A DNA stretch of 56,728 nucleotides, filler included, from Sphacelaria rigidula (taxonomy: Eukaryota), in NCBI GenBank assembly GCA_964200075.2. It is 4 parts of 4 records of this genome, joined end to end, with 100 filler letters (N's around TTAATTAATTAA, not from the genome) between each part and the next. Parts side by side here need not be neighbours in the genome. Positions count along the whole stretch, not along the records: positions 42,626 to 56,728 come from CAXNAA020002455.1; 3 more parts are not named here. One strand, given 5' to 3'. The notes below the pieces were generated by a model. The model did not search any database. It worked only from the letters and a program-made list of their open reading frames with translations, and had not been told where the DNA came from. Every line of letters starts with the position of its first letter. Within the stretch, counting starts at the first letter, position 1. The position numbers and the translations under genes are program-made. Shown one piece after another: positions 52,074 to 56,728 of this stretch.

Positions 52074-53233
52074 TACTCTTCGTCTCGACAAACTCCGGCG
52101 CCCAAACTCATCACCAGCGAGTGTGATACACCATCTGGCCTGCATTAACTGCGAAACTTATCAGGTTACAGCACCGCGGGTGTACTAGCAGCAATAATTT
52201 GCACCACGGGTATGACAGTCGGTGTTTCCTGCTCTAGGATTACATCCAAACGATGGGAGGGGGAACATTACCTTTCACAGGGCCGTCTTCAACGACATAC
52301 GGAACACGGGATTTTACAAATTGCGGGTGGTCTTTTCTTTTCAGGATGAGTCTTGGGAGCCTTTATGAGCATCGAAACAAGTATAGTACTGAGCGTCTGA
52401 ACTACTTTTTGTTCAGAAAAAGTATTTTCTCACGTCTGCTCTATGATAGAACTCGAAAGTGCTAGCGTCGGTAGAATTTGGTGAAATGAACGGACCGCCC
52501 CCCCCCCCCAGTGCCGAAGTTGGTGTTAGTTGGTTTTATCGGGCGATACGAGTAGATACCCCGTTTATCAGGAGGGTGTTATTGACCGTGAAATATATTT
52601 TTCGGTTGCAGTGCAATAAGTTGGAAGAATTAAAAAAAGAAAAATGTACACGTTTAGTCACGAATACAATCGGGACAGGCTCGATCGACCGAAATACCGT
52701 AAAGTCCGAATCTGGGCTGAAACGTGTCAGGACCCCCGATGACCGGTATTGAGGACACATGGCTTCTTTTTCTTGGAATGTGGAGCGGGTACAAGTATCT
52801 TCAGATCCCCAATGTGAAGAGCGGTGACAAGCGAAAGAGCCGACGAAAATCGCCAATGACGAAGAAATTACAAAATGGACAGTTCAGGTGCCCAGTTCTG
52901 TATATTCGAAAAATTGCAAATGCACTCTCTGGCCGCGAAAAGTGGCTTCGCTCATCCTCAAAATAAAATCCATCCACCATTCGTAAGATCCCGTGCTAAC
53001 AGGGGATTCCAACCAACAAGAGTGTTTTGTACAGGAATTAACGAAGGTCGAAGCTGTTCGGGATAAACACGGGATCTGCGGATGGGTTTCTCAGGGTGAG
53101 CGAGGCCACACATGACAGCCGGAGAGTGTATGTGCATCGATATTTTTGAAATTATATGGATGCTCAAAAATTTCACAAGGCTCATCTTCAAGACAGAATC
53201 CATCCGTCATCTGCAAAATTTCGTGGTACGACC

Positions 53234-55296
53234 CTACGGCTCCGGCATCAACTCGACGACCACAACGATATCCCCATCTTCACTGCAACAATATTTGTAC
53301 ATCATGGCCACGTCGAAACCACTCGGATAGTCGTGAATGGGGCTCTGACAACTTTGCAGGTAAAAGGTTGACACCTGGAGGGTCCATGCTGTATGCTCGG
53401 AGTATATTCGGCTTCCAGCAATCCGGTTTGGTGAAAGGGGGATAAAGGGCGGGTAGGGGATCTGCAAATTAAAAAATGCACCTGAATACGGCATATATTG
53501 TGGACGCAGGAAGTTTATCGAAGCAATAGATAGGTCAATAGGCGTCCAGCAGCGTAACGGGGGCGGGTGTCAGGGCCCGTCCTTCATACATTCTCCCGAT
53601 CTGTGTTACCTGTGTCGGCACCATGGCTGCACCCACCACACCTTAAGGCACCCCGCTCCCCACTGGGGTTGCGGTCTATGCGTTTTTCATGTTACAGCCT
53701 AAATTTCCCATATACTGGAGGTGCTGTTTCTCATACCTCGAACACCTGATCCGAAGCTTCGAACATCCCGCCGAACTCGAGTCCAAACTAGAGACGGGCG
53801 CTACGGAAGTTCTGAGATATGATTGTGAAAAACTCACGCGGAGACTTCACAGAACCTTACTTACAACTTGAAACAAAAAGATATGGGTATCATTTCCAGT
53901 GGGATCGGGACCGCACTGCAACTGATCTGAACTGCTAGTAACCCGCAACCCTGAGGAGTGACACTGACCGTCGGATTGCTCATGATGGTATCGTAGTGTT
54001 TCTCGAAGCTCGGAGCGTTTGCCTCCACCACTACGGCCGGGATGAAGTCGGTAGATTTCAGAAGGCGACGGAGGGAGAACACCTGGATTTTCATCAAACA
54101 AAGCGCCATCAAGTCGAACCAAAATCCACAAACCTTGATATATTTCAATTGCCTGACAAAAGTGAGGACACTCAAGACTCAGTGGATGAAACACTTATCG
54201 GTCCTCGATCAGAACGATCCAGGCCAAGACGACGAACTCTAGTTTCCATCATGGGATTAACAAGCTACTTCGCGAGGTGGCGTCTACGTAACACGAGGAC
54301 ACGCACAACGACGCGCACTCGGTGACGGGCTCTGGAACTCATCATGACTGCATGCATTGCTTGCGCCATCATCGCTGATGGGGAGAATACGCGAATCATG
54401 GTGAAGGCTGATAAAAAATTCTTGTCATTGTCTTGTGGTCCGTGGCGTAAGCATGATCTGATACTCGTATCTTCAGCCTCAAGCCATTAAGACCGCTTTG
54501 AGCATCCTTCCCGAAAAGAGTGACCCTCGTGCGGCGCGAAACTTGTTCGGTCACCTGCAAGTCCGCGATGGTGATGATGTCGCCCACGAAGAACCGAGAG
54601 GAGGGGGTTTTCTCCAGTAGTGCGTTGAACGTCTTCAGCCAGGTCATCACCATTTCTCGCACCATGTCGATGTGCATCTGCGAGGGAATCAACAAACGGC
54701 GCACGCACGAGAAGCAGGACGATCACATGAATAACCCCACACGTTCAGATATTCGAAGGGAATCGAAAACATCTCACTCCTCATATCACGATTTTGCTCT
54801 TTCCCCCATACTCTCGCCGTACCGTCGCCGCATGTCGACATTGCGTTCGTAAATTCACCTGCCCTCAGCGTTTTACATTTCGATTCCTGTTTCGACCCGT
54901 GGCGTTGGTATATCTACATCGCGATATCGGGCTCGGGAAAGAAGCTGCTTGTATCAATCACAGGGGGAGAGTAATATACCTCCTTACTTGGCAACAAACA
55001 ACAAGCGGCACAGACACCCGTATTTTGTGAGCATCTGGCAAATATAAGCAAAGCTAAGCGAGTAGCACGAAATACATTTGACTGAAAGCAAAAAAAATAT
55101 GTCCATTGAATATGTTTTGCCTTGCCTGCGTTCCCGGGGGGGCGCCGCGGGCTTTGCAGATTACTGCGATCAAGATTTTCACAGTCTCGACAATCGCATC
55201 CACTCTTAGAGCTTCGGGTGCATTTTCGGGGTAAAGACCGCCGACCTTGCCCGCGTAACGCAAAAGATCTGACCACCCAATGCTTTTGCCGTTCGT
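53234..55296 (-). CDS. Glutathione S-transferase (sigma-like), N-terminal exon(s) not identified
   Basis: Phase-0 exons 55296-55126 (LLRYAGKVGGLYPENAPEALRVDAIVE; GC donor CAG|GCAAGG), 54677-54555 (FNALLEK...FFVGDIITIADLQ), 54082-53969 (VFSLRRLL...FEKHYDTIMSNPT), and a tentative last exon 53374-53234. RYAG..GLYP and FFVG..T.ADL are typical GST motifs. Confidence 0.8.
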
Positions 55297-56405
55297 CTAA
55301 TGGGGGCATAGGCGCGGAGGAGGGCGCGCGGGGACGGGGGTGGGGGGGGGAGGGGTTAAAGAATGAAAATAGAATCGTTCAAGACAATAATTTACACATG
55401 TGTTGGCTTCTGCAAACTTCACTCTACTGTGTGTGGAAATCTGGATCATTCTACTTCTCAAAAACTACACACCTCCGATGGGGGACATTTTTGTCTTCCA
55501 CTCGAAACCCTACCCTTGCGCACATTCTAAGCGTGCCAAGTGGTGTAGGACCGACAGTAAGTACCGTCGCACCCCCGGTGGTGTGACGGTACAAGTGATA
55601 CCATTAGGGCGGAAAAACTGCGCGTTGACCTCCCGCCAGATGCGTCTATAGTAGTTTTGTTTTTTTGTCACAGGTATCTGAATTCAGTCGTTGAAAGCGT
55701 AAGGAGGTGTGTAGTGACGAGAGTCTGTTTTGCTGAGTTTGTTGGACGAGAATCGACGCAGTGCGGGAGTGCTGATCCAATCCACGATATACATCAAAAT
55801 GCGAGGCATGTGTCAAGGGAGAGAAGAGTCGATCTCTTGAGACCACGGGCTCATCCCGAGGAGAGGAAAGAGCTACAAGTGATAACAAGACGAAGTGACG
55901 GTCCTGCGAACGTCAGGGGTGTCATGTGTCATGGTTCGGAGCCTAGAGAGTAGAAAAAATAATGATGGCTCAACTCGTGTATATATCCGGACATTCGACC
56001 TTTCCAGCCCCAAACCTTCTGATTCGCTGACAGGCACTGTACTGTGCCGTTCATTGAAACACAGCACAGGAGGTCCAGTCTACCTGACAGTCGTCTGTTC
56101 GGTGCAGTTGTGCCTGGTGTTATGGAACACGAAAGCGTAAAGCAGGAGATTATTAGTGGATAATTGGGAGCCGATGGCGGCGCAACAAACACTGTCAACA
56201 TAAGTCATCATGCTCTACTCGGTGTGGTGTCGGGGACAAATCAAGATGCCCAACCATTAGCCTACATCATGACATATATATATATATACTCCAACGGTTC
56301 TACTGCTTTCGCTGCCTTTCAACATTGGGTAGTGGCTGGGAAGAGGTACACCGTATCAGTTCTATTCACCACAGCTATACTGCCCATGAGTGACAGAAAA
56401 ATGTC

Positions 56406-56646
56406 GAGTCATGCTACGATACGACGGGGGTGTTTAATTCCACGAAAAAATGCGCTCACAGATGCGTCAAACGACCTAAAACACTCGCGGTGCGCTTGTA
56501 CTTGGGTAAAGGCGGTGTAAAGAAGTGTGAATGATCGTTATTTATTGGGAGCAACTGCGTTCGAACAACTGTTGGCTGCTTTCAACGGCGATTTAAGTGG
56601 AAACTCGTTGAAGAAAACGGCCCGAAATATCCCCCCTATCGTAGCA
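56406..56646 (+). mobile_element. MITE family B copy (right boundary uncertain)
   Basis: GAGTCATGCTACGATACG ... CCCCCTATCGTAGCA; interior (ACACTCGCGGTGC..., GGCCC.AAATA) aligns by eye with 10020-10212. Confidence 0.65.
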
Positions 56647-56728
56647 GCCTTACTCCCCCCCCCCTCCCCCCCTGGACCCCCGATGGGGTTGGCGTTGCTT
56701 GGCGATGACCCTGTAAAACACGCCACTC

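Noticed and set aside
15386..55296. C-S lyase + hydrolase + GST as a glutathione-conjugate detoxification gene cluster
   Set aside because: The three genes lie on different contigs joined only by artificial size-ordered linkers.

Overview
Eukaryotic, intron-rich, repeat-dense nuclear DNA, most consistent with a brown alga (Phaeophyceae). That is an inference from gene structure and gene content. The window is not one locus. It is four contigs of 14110, 14109, 14106 and 14103 bp, in descending size order, joined by artificial N44-TTAATTAATTAA-N44 linkers, so nothing should be inferred across the gaps. Spliced gene models built by hand from splice phases: (1) a 5'-truncated MalY/PatB-type PLP-dependent C-S lyase (+, 7 exons, 15386-19569); (2) a convergent CFAP97/KIAA1430-like ciliary gene (-) with a 21-nt micro-exon and a long C-terminal extension; (3) a 3'-truncated YheT/ABHD1-3-like alpha/beta hydrolase (+) with transposon-filled introns; (4) a 5'-incomplete, divergent glutathione S-transferase (-) with a probable GC-AG intron; (5) weakly supported exons of an unknown gene on contig 1. 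Mobile DNA includes a decayed Ty3/Gypsy element lacking the RT core, two related MITE families with GAG termini and 4-bp TSDs (Sola-like), two long foldback elements (one about 110 bp upstream of the CFAP97-like start codon), a tRNA-derived SINE, piggyBac-like remnants and several dispersed repeats. I found no CRISPR array, rRNA or intact tRNA, and no evidence of a coherent new multi-gene system. The most novel-looking signals are the transposon families and some gene-level oddities.
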